Origin: Felis catus
Taxonomy: Eukaryota
DNA: 64,000 nt
Assembly: GCF_018350175.1 (NCBI RefSeq)
Contig: NC_058386.1
Span: forward strand, 3,038,001 to 3,102,000
Direction: 5' to 3'
The position numbers and the translations under genes were made by a program. The notes under the pieces were generated by a model, which was given only the letters and a program-made list of their open reading frames with translations, was not told where the DNA came from and made no database searches. Below are positions 63,832-64,000 of the stretch, piece by piece. The number at the start of each line of letters is the position of its first letter. Position 1 is the first letter of the stretch.

Positions 63832-64000
63832 TAAATGTGTGTTTCTTTGAGAGAGAGAGGGATTGAGAGAGGGAGGGAGAGAAAGCACGTGGGAGAGGGG
63901 CAGAGAGATGGAGAGAAAATCCCAAGCAGACACCATGCTTACAGCAGCAAGCCCGATACAGGGCTCAAACTCACCGACTGCGAGATCACGAGCTGAGCCA
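63832..64000 (-). mobile_element. Can-SINE, runs off window edge
   Basis: gagaaaatcccaagcagac...gggctcaaactcacc...gagatcacgagctgagcc. Confidence 0.9.

Noticed and set aside
1-64000. tRNA-like A/B boxes in SINE heads
   Set aside because: Can-SINEs are tRNA-derived; no intact cloverleaf or tRNA gene was seen.

Overview
Vertebrate nuclear DNA, almost certainly from a felid: about 40 tRNA-derived Can-SINEs (SINEC_Fc type) and two feline-type L1 3' ends. I could not recognise any protein-coding gene, RNA gene or CRISPR array. The ORF track is explained by SINEs, simple repeats, old LTRs, assembly gaps or chance, so the window reads as intergenic or deep-intronic. It also holds older L1M remnants, MaLR/ERV solo-LTR remnants (MLT1, MER21-like, MER74-like), DNA-transposon MITEs (MER20, MER58A, MER3, MER5A, Tigger2-type), microsatellites and three N gaps. 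Repeat family names come from my recall of consensus sequences and need RepeatMasker/Dfam confirmation. Most notable observations: (1) a ~220-bp, ~88%-identical inverted duplication 28 kb apart whose copies share the same SINE junction; (2) a 53-bp dispersed direct duplication that captured a MER20 terminus; (3) an ancient MER5A converted into CpG-island-like DNA, apparently by AT-to-GC substitution; (4) CpG-undepleted, promoter-like DNA at 6.6-7.8 kb. No new biological system can be demonstrated from the sequence alone.
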